From the NCBI GenBank assembly GCA_035545555.1, contig DASZYD010000013.1, positions 5,725 through 69,724 of the forward strand: a stretch of DNA of 64,000 nt, read 5' to 3'. The stretch's first letter is position 1; each line of letters begins with the position of its first letter. A model generated the notes under the pieces. The model was given only the letters and a program-made list of their open reading frames with translations, did not search any database and was not told the origin of the DNA. A program made the position numbers and the translations under genes. This document shows positions 11,471 to 21,079 of the stretch, piece by piece. Source of the DNA: Candidatus Saccharimonadales bacterium. Its GTDB lineage: Bacteria > Patescibacteriota > Saccharimonadia > Saccharimonadales > UBA4665.

Positions 11471-11683
11471 CTAGCTAAGAATCCCCAGGATCAATGACAG
11501 CGCAAAGACAACGGCGCAAACAATGGTCAGCTGGAAGATTGTTTTGTCAGTGCCGCGACGGGTGGTATTGATCTCTCCCGCCCCGCCCAGCCCGGCGCCG
11601 AGTGTTGCGCCGCGCGTTTGCACCAATATGAGCACGGTCATGAGCAGCATCGAGCCAATGGTCAGATAGTTGAAAATCGACAT
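11471..11683 (-). CDS. secG: preprotein translocase subunit SecG
   Basis: 70 aa with two TM helices flanking a Gly-rich loop (LVQTRGATLGAGLGGAG), the typical SecG pattern. Confidence 0.8.
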   Translation of the reverse strand: MSIFNYLTIGSMLLMTVLILVQTRGATLGAGLGGAGEINTTRRGTDKTIFQLTIVCAVVFALSLILGILS

Positions 11684-11690
11684 AACGTAC

Positions 11691-12044
11691 CTACAGTATA
11701 GCGGTCACCGCCAAGTTTACCAACCCAATGATGATACCCGTAACCATCGCGGCCCACAGATTGCCAACCTGGAGCGGCGCATACAGCGCCGCGGCCAGCA
11801 GCACCATCAATCCGTTGATGACGACCATAAAGAGCCCAAGCGTCAGGATGACCGCCGGCAGCGACAGCAGTACTACGAGCGGCTTGATGATCATATTAAT
11901 GACAGCCAGGATGAAACCGGCACTGAGCATCGCCCCCAGCCGGTTGCCATAGCTAACGGAACCGCTCAACAGTGCGGCCGCCAACCACAGCCCCAAGCTG
12001 CAGGCCAACCAGCGGATCAGAAAACTGCCAAGCAAACGGCTCAT
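11691..12044 (-). CDS. phage holin family 4-like / DUF360 small membrane protein
   Basis: 117 aa with 4 predicted TM helices and the pattern AVINMIIKPLVVLLSLPAVILTLGLFMVVINGLML, typical of the YvlD/holin-4 family. Confidence 0.65.
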   Translation of the reverse strand: MSRLLGSFLIRWLACSLGLWLAAALLSGSVSYGNRLGAMLSAGFILAVINMIIKPLVVLLSLPAVILTLGLFMVVINGLMVLLAAALYAPLQVGNLWAAMVTGIIIGLVNLAVTAIL

Positions 12045-12103
12045 GACACTATTGTACCCTATCTAAAACCGTGCCGCCGGCGGTGAGCCCCACCTGACCG
12101 GAA

Positions 12104-13366
12104 CTACAGCAACGTACGGGGCAAAGCGTCGGTAAGGATAGTGTTCCCCTCAGGCGTAATCACGACGTCGTCCTCGATACGCACGCCGATAGCTTCCTCA
12201 GGGATATAAATCCCCGGCTCTACGGTCAGCACCATACCCGGCTCCAGCGATTGGGCATAGTCGCCGGCGTCGTGTGCGTTCAAACCCAGAAAGTGTGATG
12301 TGGCATGCGGGAAGTAGCGCCGCACCGCCTCATGCTCAATGGTCTTAATCAGTCCCAACTCGCGCAGCTTTTCACCGGTAAATTGTTCAACCTGCTGCTC
12401 GTACTCACGCAGGCCTGCGCCAGGCTTGAGGAGTGAGAACGCATACGCCTGGACATCCTGCACGGCTGCATGCACCTGCTGCGCCCGCCGCGATACATCC
12501 TTGCCCAGCGCACAGGTACGCGTGATGTCGGCCACATAGTGTTCGGCTTCGGCGCCTACATCCAGTACTACCAGTTCATCACTAGCCAGCCGGCCCTCAT
12601 TGGCGACATTATGGAGCGTACAGGCGCGCTTGCCGCTGGCGACAATCGGCGTAAAGCCATGCCCGCGGGCGCCGCGCCGCCGAAAGCCACGGGTGATATC
12701 CGCCTCGATTTCGTATTCATAGGTATATTTGGCGAGGCGCGCCGGACGGGTTACCTCTTTGAGGGTTGCCGTAGTGATACGAATGGCTTGCTGCAGAGCC
12801 GCCAGCTCAACCGGCTGCTTGACCATGCGCAGGCGGGCCAGATGCTCGCGCAGATCGAGTAGTTCCAGTGCGCCGTTCGCTTCTTTCATGCGGCGGATAA
12901 GCACTGCCCGCGCCGGATTCGTGTAGAGCCCAAAGGGCTCGACATACGCCGGGCCGGCCGCAAACGTGGCAGCATGCTTGGCCTTCTTCAGCCGGCGTTC
13001 CAGCTGGTGCCATCCTTCCGTTTCGTCCACGATGTCGCCGATGCCGGAACAGCGCGCCAGCGCCGCCCGATCGACGGCTCCGTCAAACACTTCGCGCGTA
13101 TCGCTGCGCCCGGGCACTATCAGGTATTCTTTGCCCTTATCCAGTACTAATACGATGTCCGGCTCGTCAATGCCGGTCAGATACCAGAAGTTGGCATCCT
13201 GCTGGAACGGGAAGGCCTCATCTGCTGCGCGCTGCAGCAGCCCGTTGGCGGTGATAATAATCGGCGCGGTGCCGGTAAACAGTTCGCGCAAGCGCGCCCG
13301 GTTGCCCGCGAAGAAGTCGCTCCCAAACATGACATCATCTAGCTTAGCATGCTTGGCAAATCGCAC
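12104..13366 (-). CDS. Xaa-Pro aminopeptidase (M24B metallopeptidase)
   Basis: Metal-ligand motifs are present: VLDVGAEAEHYVADITRT, HATSHFLGLNAHD, VEPGIYIPE and GVRIEDDV. There is an N-terminal creatinase-like domain. Confidence 0.88.
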   Translation of the reverse strand: MRFAKHAKLDDVMFGSDFFAGNRARLRELFTGTAPIIITANGLLQRAADEAFPFQQDANFWYLTGIDEPDIVLVLDKGKEYLIVPGRSDTREVFDGAVDRAALARCSGIGDIVDETEGWHQLERRLKKAKHAATFAAGPAYVEPFGLYTNPARAVLIRRMKEANGALELLDLREHLARLRMVKQPVELAALQQAIRITTATLKEVTRPARLAKYTYEYEIEADITRGFRRRGARGHGFTPIVASGKRACTLHNVANEGRLASDELVVLDVGAEAEHYVADITRTCALGKDVSRRAQQVHAAVQDVQAYAFSLLKPGAGLREYEQQVEQFTGEKLRELGLIKTIEHEAVRRYFPHATSHFLGLNAHDAGDYAQSLEPGMVLTVEPGIYIPEEAIGVRIEDDVVITPEGNTILTDALPRTLL

Positions 13367-13382
13367 CAGTGCACCAGATCAA

Positions 13383-13964
13383 TTAGTGCACAAGGTGGCG
13401 CTGTACAAATGCCACAATACTGTTGTAATGGGTGCTACAAAGCCAGATGTCTAGCACCAGCAAGGCCGGGAATATAATGAGCGTTTCGATATGCTTGCCG
13501 GTCGTGACGCGTAAGCCCTTGATGGGCGGAAAACCGAACTTGATGGGGATAGGCAGGAGCCACGGCACGCCCTCTTTTGTGAGCGTATCCATAACGAGAT
13601 GCGACAGTATGCCGATGAGGAATGCGAACCAGACCACCACAATATCGACATGCGGCATAAGCGGGTGCAGGAATTGCAGCAGCGCCCGCGCGAGTAGTGC
13701 AAACAGCGCCAGGCCGATGAGTGAATGGCTCAGGAAGCGGTGACCGCCGATTACCTTGTCAAATACCTTGCCCATAACATGACCCTCGGGCAGGTTGCGC
13801 CAGAGCGGCGCCGTCGGCTGGTCGATATCCGGCGCGATGCCGCCAATCTGATTCGCAAGCACCGCCACCAACACCGTCGCTACGCTTACGGATGATTGCG
13901 GCAACATTAATACCGCCAGGCCCAGCGCAGTGATAGCAGCCAGATCATGTGTACGCGCAGTCAT
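13383..13964 (-). CDS. membrane-bound metal-dependent hydrolase (DUF457/YdjM-like)
   Basis: 193 aa, multi-TM, with H/D-rich loops (THDLAA..., APDIDQP, HRFLSHS, SHLVMDTLT) typical of DUF457. Confidence 0.65.
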   Translation of the reverse strand: MTARTHDLAAITALGLAVLMLPQSSVSVATVLVAVLANQIGGIAPDIDQPTAPLWRNLPEGHVMGKVFDKVIGGHRFLSHSLIGLALFALLARALLQFLHPLMPHVDIVVVWFAFLIGILSHLVMDTLTKEGVPWLLPIPIKFGFPPIKGLRVTTGKHIETLIIFPALLVLDIWLCSTHYNSIVAFVQRHLVH

Positions 13965-13984
13965 ACCATGTATTGTAGCAGCGT

Positions 13985-15490
13985 CTATGGCGCAGGTTTG
14001 TCGACAAGATAACTGCGCAGGATCGCGGCTTTTTTACGGCCGACGGCCGCTTCAAGCTCACGATCAGTTGCCTGGCCAACGGCACGCACGCTGCCGAATG
14101 TGCGCAGCAGTTTTTTCTTGGTACTCGGCCCGATGGATGGAATATCGTCCAACAGGCTGGCCGTCTGGCGCTTGGTCTTCAGCACCGAGTGGTAGCTGAC
14201 GGCAAAGCGGTGTGACTCATCGCGGATGCGCTGCAGCAGTTTCACAAGGTTGGTGCTATGCGGCACGTTGACCAAGATGAAATCGTCGCTTTCAGCCATG
14301 AAGCCGCCCAGCTTGTGCAGTATATCCATATTCAGTACCACATTGGAGTGCTCTTTTTGGATCACGATCTGCTCTTCCCGCTTGGCCAGCCCGACGAACG
14401 GCACGGCGCCGGCACTGGCTTCGTCGCGCGCCCGGATGGCGGCGTCCAGCTGGCCTTTGCCGCCGTCGATCAGCACCAAGTCGGGCTTGCCCCAGCCGCG
14501 CACGTGCGTCTCGGCGAAGCGGCGTTTGATCGTCTCGTGCATGTTATAGAAATCGTTGTTGTGGTCTCTTTTCGTTTTGAATTTGCGGTATTCGCGCTTG
14601 TTGCTGACACCGTTGGTGAAGACTACCATGCTCGCCACTACGTCAGTGCCCTGCATATGGCTGATGTCGTAGCCTTCGATGCGCTGCGGGAACGCGGACA
14701 AGCTTAACAAGTCAACTAATTCCGTCAGCGCGTGATCTTTGCTGATATCCAGAAATTCTTTATCGCTGAAAATTACTTTACGCGTCAAGTTTTGCAGCGC
14801 AAACAGCTGGTTGCGGAGCTTGGCTGCCTTCTCGAAGTCCTGCGCGGCTGCGGCCGTGCGCATATCTTGTTCCAGCTCGCGAGCGACGGTTTGGCGCTTG
14901 CCCTCAATCACGGCTATCAGTTTGCGTAAGTTGGCGCGGTAATCCTCCAGACTGGTCCGGCCCTCCTCCAATCCGGGATCGAGGCCAAGGTGATAGAACA
15001 GCGTCGCGCGCTTCTGGCCGCCGATGCGGCGCGTAGCGAACGGAAAGACATGGCGGAGTGCTTTGAGCGCCTGGCGAACGCTCAGGGCGCTGAGGTAAGG
15101 GCCGAAATATCTGGCACCGTCATCGAGTGGCCGGCGCGTGGTAGTGACGGTCGGGAAATCGCTGCCGTAGTCGATGCGGATATAGACCATCGACTTGTCA
15201 TCACGCAGTAAAATATTGTAGCGCGGCATGTACCGCCGGATCATTTCGGCTTCCAGGAACAACGCTTCCAGTTCGCTCTCGACCACCATCCAGTCGGTGT
15301 CGGCAATCTCGGCTACGAGCGCGTCGGTCTTCGCGTCGCGCAGCCGTGATTTTTGAAAATACTGCCGCACGCGGTTGCGCAGTACCGCTGCCTTGCCCAC
15401 GTAAATAATCTGGCCACTGGTGTCCTTGTGAAAATAGACGCCGGGAGCCTTCGGCAGTTGCTTCAATTTCGCCGCCAGTTGTTCGGTCAT
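13985..15490 (-). CDS. uvrC: excinuclease ABC subunit C (compact, 501 aa)
   Basis: Carries GIY-YIG (PGVYFHKDTSGQIIYVGKA...LRNRVRQYF), a UVR domain (FEKAAKLRNQLFALQNL), an RNase H-like endonuclease region and a C-terminal HhH (IPSIGPSTKKKLLRTFGS). Confidence 0.9.
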   Translation of the reverse strand: MTEQLAAKLKQLPKAPGVYFHKDTSGQIIYVGKAAVLRNRVRQYFQKSRLRDAKTDALVAEIADTDWMVVESELEALFLEAEMIRRYMPRYNILLRDDKSMVYIRIDYGSDFPTVTTTRRPLDDGARYFGPYLSALSVRQALKALRHVFPFATRRIGGQKRATLFYHLGLDPGLEEGRTSLEDYRANLRKLIAVIEGKRQTVARELEQDMRTAAAAQDFEKAAKLRNQLFALQNLTRKVIFSDKEFLDISKDHALTELVDLLSLSAFPQRIEGYDISHMQGTDVVASMVVFTNGVSNKREYRKFKTKRDHNNDFYNMHETIKRRFAETHVRGWGKPDLVLIDGGKGQLDAAIRARDEASAGAVPFVGLAKREEQIVIQKEHSNVVLNMDILHKLGGFMAESDDFILVNVPHSTNLVKLLQRIRDESHRFAVSYHSVLKTKRQTASLLDDIPSIGPSTKKKLLRTFGSVRAVGQATDRELEAAVGRKKAAILRSYLVDKPAP

Positions 15491-15516
15491 AGTTCTATTG
15501 TATCGCTCGGTGACGG

Positions 15517-17418
15517 CTACGCCAGAATGATGAAGAGGACAACCAGCAGGATAACAAGGACTGCGAGTGCGACGATATTGGCCGCAACGAGCATGGTTTG
15601 CGTGTCCCGATGCGCGGCAGCAGGTGGCGTCGACACGTCCGATGGCAACCCCACGGGCGGCGGCGCTGCCGGCGGTGTCTGCGCCGCCGGCTGGCCGGCG
15701 GCAGGTGCAGCTGACGCCGCGGCAACACCGCCGGCAGCAACCGGGGCGATAGTGCTGTCGGCAGACCGACGGGCGGCAGCCGCTTCTGCCTGTGACTGCC
15801 GACGGGCCATCAGCGGGTCGCGCTCATAGCTTTGCTCTTGGAGGAGCAGCTCTTCGTTCAGGACGCGGCGGAAATCGCCGCCGCGCTGGTAGGCTTCGAC
15901 CACGCGGCGCAGGCCCTGCTCACTGATAAGATGCGTTTCGAATACCCGGTCGACTGTTGTGGCGCCGACTACAATACTTTCGGCGGCTGCGGCGAGTTCT
16001 TTCGTGCTCATATGCTCTGCGCCTTTGAGCGCCGGTTTGGCAGCTTCGGGCTTGGGAATGGGCCGCTCCGGTCGTATAGCTTCCGCTGTCGTGCGCAGTG
16101 CTTCGACCGGACGGGCCGCTTCCGGCATCCGGCCGCTGGCAGCGGCTTGCTCCTGAACCTTGGCGATGGCTGCAGCCGTTTCTGCCTGACGCGCCTCTGC
16201 GTGCTGATAGGCGACAGTCCGCAGGTCGGCCTCGCGGCGGGTAATATTGGCGATCTGCTCGTGCAACGCCCGGTTCTCGTGGGCCAGGCCCTGCTGCACT
16301 GGTTTGAACTTCTTTTCGGCGGCGGCGATGCCCTCGCGCAGGCCTTTTTTCCTGCCGCTACGGTGGCCAAGCAGATAGCCTAACACGCCCCCTATGATAC
16401 CGCCCGTTACCGCAGCACTGCTGTCGGCGGTATCGCTTCCGGCCGTCTCTGCCGTCGGTGCCGGCAATTCGTTGCCTGAAGCAGGCGCCTGATTATACGC
16501 ACCGTACCAGCCCGGCCCGCCGCCTGCGAACATGCCGGCGACGCGCTGGCCGGGCGGCCCCATGCGTCCACCCATGGCCCCGGCCGCCTGCTCGTCCGCG
16601 TCCTCGGCGGCGCCAGCTTGCTCGGGCGCTGACGGGCCCGGTTGTTCGGCACGGTTGGCGATAAGCCCGGCTACATCGTCTGTTTCGGCAGCAGGTGGCA
16701 GCGCGGCTTCTGCCGTTTCCAGCTCGGGTAGGCTGTAGGCCTCCCGGACAGCCTCGTCGGCGTGCTCAATAGCCTGCGGGATCTCCGCCTCAGCAGCGGC
16801 CGTGACATTCTCGCTGGTCTGTTCAACAAAATCGCGGTCTACATGCCCTGCCTCGGCATGCGGCGTCTCGGCTTCGGTATCAACCAACTCAAGCTCGATA
16901 TCCGCCTCGCGCTCGTGCAGGAACTCGATGACCCCTTCTTTGATAACGGGCTGCTCGTCCGCCTGTTCGGCCGCCGCAGCCGACAGCGCCGCATCTTCTG
17001 CCACGTCTTCATCCGTCGCGGTCTCGCCGCCCCCGTCTGACACGGCCGCGGCTTCAGCCGCATCGGCGGCGGCCTCTTCTGCCGGCTCTTCCGCAGCGCT
17101 TATTTCATCTGCCTTGGCAGGCTCTGCTGCCGTCTCATCGGTCTCTGCCTGTTCCTCTTGCCGCTCCGTTTTGTCTTTTTCTTTCGGCCGTTCAGGTTCC
17201 TGTTTGAGCAGGCCGGCGATACGCTCGGCAAGCGTTTTGGGCGGCGGCGTGGCCTCAGGCGGCGCCTGTGCGGCGCGCTCGGCTACTTTGCCGACAATAC
17301 TGGCGGCTTCAGCACGTTTGCCGCTCTCTTCTTTGCCTTTCTTTTCTTTCTTCTCGTCTTTGTCGTTATCCGACGAGCTCGCTTCGAAAGATGATCCGGG
17401 GAACCGTTCTCCTGCCAT
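15517..17418 (-). CDS. Ala/Glu-rich low-complexity protein with C-terminal TM anchor
   Basis: 633 aa with a KE-rich N-terminus, long acidic A/E/T tracts, an internal Gly-rich hydrophobic segment (GGIIGGVLGYLLG), a coiled-coil-like middle and the terminal TM MLVAANIVALAVLVILLVVLFIILA. No family recognised. Confidence 0.55.
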   Translation of the reverse strand: MAGERFPGSSFEASSSDNDKDEKKEKKGKEESGKRAEAASIVGKVAERAAQAPPEATPPPKTLAERIAGLLKQEPERPKEKDKTERQEEQAETDETAAEPAKADEISAAEEPAEEAAADAAEAAAVSDGGGETATDEDVAEDAALSAAAAEQADEQPVIKEGVIEFLHEREADIELELVDTEAETPHAEAGHVDRDFVEQTSENVTAAAEAEIPQAIEHADEAVREAYSLPELETAEAALPPAAETDDVAGLIANRAEQPGPSAPEQAGAAEDADEQAAGAMGGRMGPPGQRVAGMFAGGGPGWYGAYNQAPASGNELPAPTAETAGSDTADSSAAVTGGIIGGVLGYLLGHRSGRKKGLREGIAAAEKKFKPVQQGLAHENRALHEQIANITRREADLRTVAYQHAEARQAETAAAIAKVQEQAAASGRMPEAARPVEALRTTAEAIRPERPIPKPEAAKPALKGAEHMSTKELAAAAESIVVGATTVDRVFETHLISEQGLRRVVEAYQRGGDFRRVLNEELLLQEQSYERDPLMARRQSQAEAAAARRSADSTIAPVAAGGVAAASAAPAAGQPAAQTPPAAPPPVGLPSDVSTPPAAAHRDTQTMLVAANIVALAVLVILLVVLFIILA

Positions 17419-17678
17419 ACTGTCGGTCTACTGCGCTTTCATCTTCCCGCAAATTGTTATTGCCTTTATTACGGTAGCATTATAAGATATGGGGTATCTA
17501 TTAGCAATCTAACCGGAGGCGGCCACCCCATGTATATCACCACAGCGACTATTGCTGGCGCCCCGGCGCGAGCCTAAGCTTCTCTCGATCACTGTACCAT
17601 CGTCGCTAACCGGCGACGCTCACCAAACCTAAGCGTACTATCAACCTGACTTGCAGCCTTCGGAGGAGTGCTGCCGCT

Positions 17679-19451
17679 ATGAATACCACCCTGCAAACCG
17701 TCAAACTGTTCTGGAGCCACGCCCGGCGCTACCCGCATCTGGTCATCGGCATCGTTGTCAGCATCCCGCTGACGGTGCTGGCCGGATCATTCTTGCCGCC
17801 GCTGATCGTGGCAAACGTCCTTAACAAACTCGGCACCCACAGCTATGCGCCGGACGAACTGTGGGCCACGTTTAGCACCGCACTGGTCGCATATGCCGTC
17901 CTGCAGGTTGCCAGCGGCGTGCTCGGATGGCGGATTGCCGACGCCTTTGGCTGGCGGCTCGAAGCCAACGTTGAGCGCGACATGGCCCGCCGCATCTTCA
18001 AACACCTGCTGGACCAGAGCCCGAACTTCCACGCCAACCGCTTCGGCGGGTCGCTGGTCTCACAGACAAACAAGGTGATGGGCGCGTATATCCGTTTCGC
18101 CGACACCACGATGTACCAGCTTATCCCGCTGACATCGGCGCTCGTGTTCGCCGGCCTTATTCTGGCGTTGCGTGCGCCCCTGTATGCAGTGGTACTCATT
18201 GCCTTTGCGGTGGTGTATATCACTAGTTCGGTTTTTGTGACCAAGGCGGTGCGCAAGCGCGGCGCCGAACAGGCGGCAGCCGAGAGCCGGCAGACCGGCA
18301 ACCTGGCCGATGCCGTGACGAATGTGATGGCCATCAAGAGCTTTGCCGGCGGCGCCTACGAAAACGAGCGGTTTGCAAACACGACGCAAGAAACGTACGA
18401 CAGCTTGTTCCGCCTGGCGCACGCGCACGCGCGGCAGCAGATCTATTTCAGCGCCATGAGCAACGGTATCCTGGCGATTTCGCTTGCCATGGCCGTCTTT
18501 AGCGCCGTGCGGCTGCATGTCGACCTGGCCGTGGTTTTCCTGATACTCAACTACACCACCACGATCGCCGGCAACCTGTTCCAGTTCAGCAACAACGCCC
18601 TGCGCCAGTACAACCGGGCACTCGGCGATGCTGCCGACATGGTGCAGATCCTGCAGCTGGAACCGGAGATCAAAGACCCGGCCGAGCCGGAAGCGCCGCG
18701 CATCAGCCGCGGCGACATCCGTTTTGACCGTGTGACGTTCACGCATAATGGGGCCGAGCATACGCTGTTCCGGAACCTTGCCCTGCACATCAAGGCCGGC
18801 GAAAAGGTCGGTCTGGTCGGTCACTCCGGCTCAGGCAAGACGACGCTCACCCGTCTGCTGCTCCGCTTCAGCGACCTGGACCGCGGCCGCATCCTGATTG
18901 ACGGACAGGATATCAGCCGCCTCACGCAGGATGACCTGCGCCGCGCTATCGCATATGTGCCGCAAGAGCCCATTTTGTTCCACCGCTCTTTGCGCGAGAA
19001 TATCGGCTACGGACGACCCGATGCCTCGCAGGTGGAGATTGAAGCGGCGGCCAAGCTAGCCTATGCACACGAGTTCATCGCCGAGCTGCCTGAAGGCTAC
19101 GACACGCTGGTGGGCGAACGCGGCGTCAAGCTGAGCGGCGGGCAACGGCAGCGCATCGCCATCGCCCGGGCACTGCTCAAAAACGCGCCGGTGCTGGCGC
19201 TCGACGAAGCGACCAGTGCGCTCGACTCCGAGAGCGAGGCGCTCATTCAGGACGCGCTCTGGAAGCTGATGGATGGCCGCACGGCTATTGTCATCGCCCA
19301 CCGCCTGAGCACCATCCAAAAGATGGACCGGATTGTCGTGCTCGAGAGCGGCAAGGTCATCGAAGAAGGCACCCATCAGGAGCTATTGCGCCGTGGTGGG
19401 GCCTACGCCAAGCTTTGGGCGCACCAGTCGGGCGGGTTCATCGAGGAGTAA
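17679..19451 (+). CDS. ABC exporter, fused permease/ATPase (MsbA/ABCB type)
   Basis: 590 aa with 6 TM helices, then Walker A GHSGSGKTT, the signature LSGGQRQRIAIARAL and Walker B VLALDEATSALD. Confidence 0.9.
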   Translation: MNTTLQTVKLFWSHARRYPHLVIGIVVSIPLTVLAGSFLPPLIVANVLNKLGTHSYAPDELWATFSTALVAYAVLQVASGVLGWRIADAFGWRLEANVERDMARRIFKHLLDQSPNFHANRFGGSLVSQTNKVMGAYIRFADTTMYQLIPLTSALVFAGLILALRAPLYAVVLIAFAVVYITSSVFVTKAVRKRGAEQAAAESRQTGNLADAVTNVMAIKSFAGGAYENERFANTTQETYDSLFRLAHAHARQQIYFSAMSNGILAISLAMAVFSAVRLHVDLAVVFLILNYTTTIAGNLFQFSNNALRQYNRALGDAADMVQILQLEPEIKDPAEPEAPRISRGDIRFDRVTFTHNGAEHTLFRNLALHIKAGEKVGLVGHSGSGKTTLTRLLLRFSDLDRGRILIDGQDISRLTQDDLRRAIAYVPQEPILFHRSLRENIGYGRPDASQVEIEAAAKLAYAHEFIAELPEGYDTLVGERGVKLSGGQRQRIAIARALLKNAPVLALDEATSALDSESEALIQDALWKLMDGRTAIVIAHRLSTIQKMDRIVVLESGKVIEEGTHQELLRRGGAYAKLWAHQSGGFIEE

Positions 19452-19464
19452 CGCGTGATAAAAA

Positions 19465-19494
19465 GAAACAGGCGCCGGTTGTGGCGCCTGTTTC
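19465..19494. terminator. bidirectional stem-loop terminator between convergent ABC exporter and rplY
   Basis: A perfect 12-bp stem, GAAACAGGCGCC-GGTTGT-GGCGCCTGTTTC, is flanked by A-rich and T-rich runs. Confidence 0.6.
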
Positions 19495-19512
19495 CTATGT
19501 GGTGCGGGGCTA

Positions 19513-20217
19513 TTATGCCTCTTTTTTCTCGTCGTTCTCGTCTGCTTCGGCCGTCTCGCTGCGCTCGGCCGCTTCACCTTCGGCGGCCGCGGCTGTTTCT
19601 TCCGGTTCGGCAGCGCCGCCAGCTGCATCGTTGGCTGCCTGCAGCGCGCTCGGCTCGTAGACTGTCGCCACCGGGTGCTCGGCATCTTCCAGCACTTCCA
19701 CGCCGTCCGGCACCACCAGCTGCGCGACGGTCACTTGGTCGCCGTCGGCTACCAACAGCTCGGCATCATACTCCAGCACATCCGGGATCTTATCCGGTAC
19801 GGCGCGCACCGGCACGCTGGTCAGCTGCTCAAGGACGATCAGGCTGCTGCGCTCGGCCGGGCTGGCGTCGTTGCCTTCGGCATAGCGGGCGCGTACCGGC
19901 ACCTCGGCTTCAACTTTCTGCGTTTTACTAACGGCATTAAAAACGAGGTGCGTCAGCTTGTTGTGATGCGGCTCGAAGCTGGCAGATTTGATGAGCGTTG
20001 TGTACGTCTTGCCGCCGGCTTTGACGACGACCGGATGGTGCCGCCCGGCACGCTGGTACAAATGCTGTAGCGTCAAGTATGGTCCTTGCACCAATACGGA
20101 TGCCTTGCCGTGGTTGTGGATCACGGCCGGAACCTGCCCATCCTCACGCAAATGCTTCACCGCCTTGCCGGTTATGTCACGCGGCGTAAGCTCAACACTC
20201 ATGGTCTCATCGGTCAT
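19513..20217 (-). CDS. rplY: 50S ribosomal protein L25/Ctc with acidic C-terminal tail
   Basis: LTPRDITGKAVKHLREDGQVPAVIHNHGKASV...HPVV, with two beta-barrel domains of Ctc type. The tail is E/A-rich. Confidence 0.85.
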   Translation of the reverse strand: MTDETMSVELTPRDITGKAVKHLREDGQVPAVIHNHGKASVLVQGPYLTLQHLYQRAGRHHPVVVKAGGKTYTTLIKSASFEPHHNKLTHLVFNAVSKTQKVEAEVPVRARYAEGNDASPAERSSLIVLEQLTSVPVRAVPDKIPDVLEYDAELLVADGDQVTVAQLVVPDGVEVLEDAEHPVATVYEPSALQAANDAAGGAAEPEETAAAAEGEAAERSETAEADENDEKKEA

Positions 20218-20303
20218 GCGGATACCCTCTCGCTTACTATATGTTCCAGTATACCACGGTGGCCAGGCTGGACGTAGACACGTAAAACAGATACGATAAA
20301 CAC

Positions 20304-20954
20304 ATGTTTCATGTGACGGAACTCATCCAGACCGGCGGTTTGTTGCTTATCGCGCTAGTGATCTTTGCCGAGTCAGGTATGATGGTCGGGTTTTTCTTCC
20401 CGGGAGACACGCTGCTCCTGAGCGCGGGTGTGCTGGCAGCCGGCGGCGCTATCTCGCTTCCCTGGACGCTGGTGGTGATCGCGGCCGCGGCGATTGCCGG
20501 CGACAATGTCGGCTACCACATCGGCCGCACGGTAGGACGGCGTCTGTTCCGCAAGCCGGACGGCATTATCTTCCGCCACGAGTACATCATGCGGGCCGAA
20601 CAGTTTTATGAGAAGTACGGCAGCAAAACGATGCTGCTGGCCCACTTCGTGCCTGTTGTTCGTACCTTCGCGCCGGTTACGGCCGGCGCCGGCAATATGC
20701 CGCTCAAAAAGTTCGTCTTTTTTGATGCGGCTGGTGATACTGCCTGGGCGCTGTTCGGCGTACTGTTCGGCTACTTTGTGGGCAGTCGCATACCAGGCAT
20801 CGACCGGTACATCGAGCCGGTGCTCATTCTGATCATCATCGCGTCGCTCACGCCCACCATCTACCACCTGGTGCGGGATCAAAAAATCCGCGCCGCGCTT
20901 GCCCGCCGGTGGCAGCGCTTGCGGCGGCGCGGCAAAACGCCGACTGACGAGTAA
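20304..20954 (+). CDS. DedA family membrane protein
   Basis: Carries ESGMMVGFFFPGDTLLLSAG...GYHIGR..G..LF...Y..K.G.K..L.A.F.P.VRTF.P..AG, the DedA/SNARE-associated pattern. Confidence 0.88.
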   Translation: MFHVTELIQTGGLLLIALVIFAESGMMVGFFFPGDTLLLSAGVLAAGGAISLPWTLVVIAAAAIAGDNVGYHIGRTVGRRLFRKPDGIIFRHEYIMRAEQFYEKYGSKTMLLAHFVPVVRTFAPVTAGAGNMPLKKFVFFDAAGDTAWALFGVLFGYFVGSRIPGIDRYIEPVLILIIIASLTPTIYHLVRDQKIRAALARRWQRLRRRGKTPTDE

Positions 20955-21079
20955 CAGAGCGTCGGAACGAGGACGAGCTCCAAGCAACGTCAAGTGGTCG
21001 GCCCGAATATGCCTCTGCCGTCTATGCCGATGCGCAAGGCCCAGTGCCACAGTGCTGAAACGGGCACACTAGCCACTAC

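Noticed and set aside
11691-12044. Holin-family protein as evidence of a prophage
   Set aside because: There is no adjacent endolysin, terminase, capsid or integrase gene. DUF360/holin-4 family proteins are common chromosomal membrane proteins. GC content matches the flanking genes.
20955-21079. Possible terminator or small RNA between convergent dedA and the HD-domain gene
   Set aside because: Only short imperfect inverted repeats were found by eye (for example CAGTGCC...GGCACAC), with no convincing stem plus U-tract.
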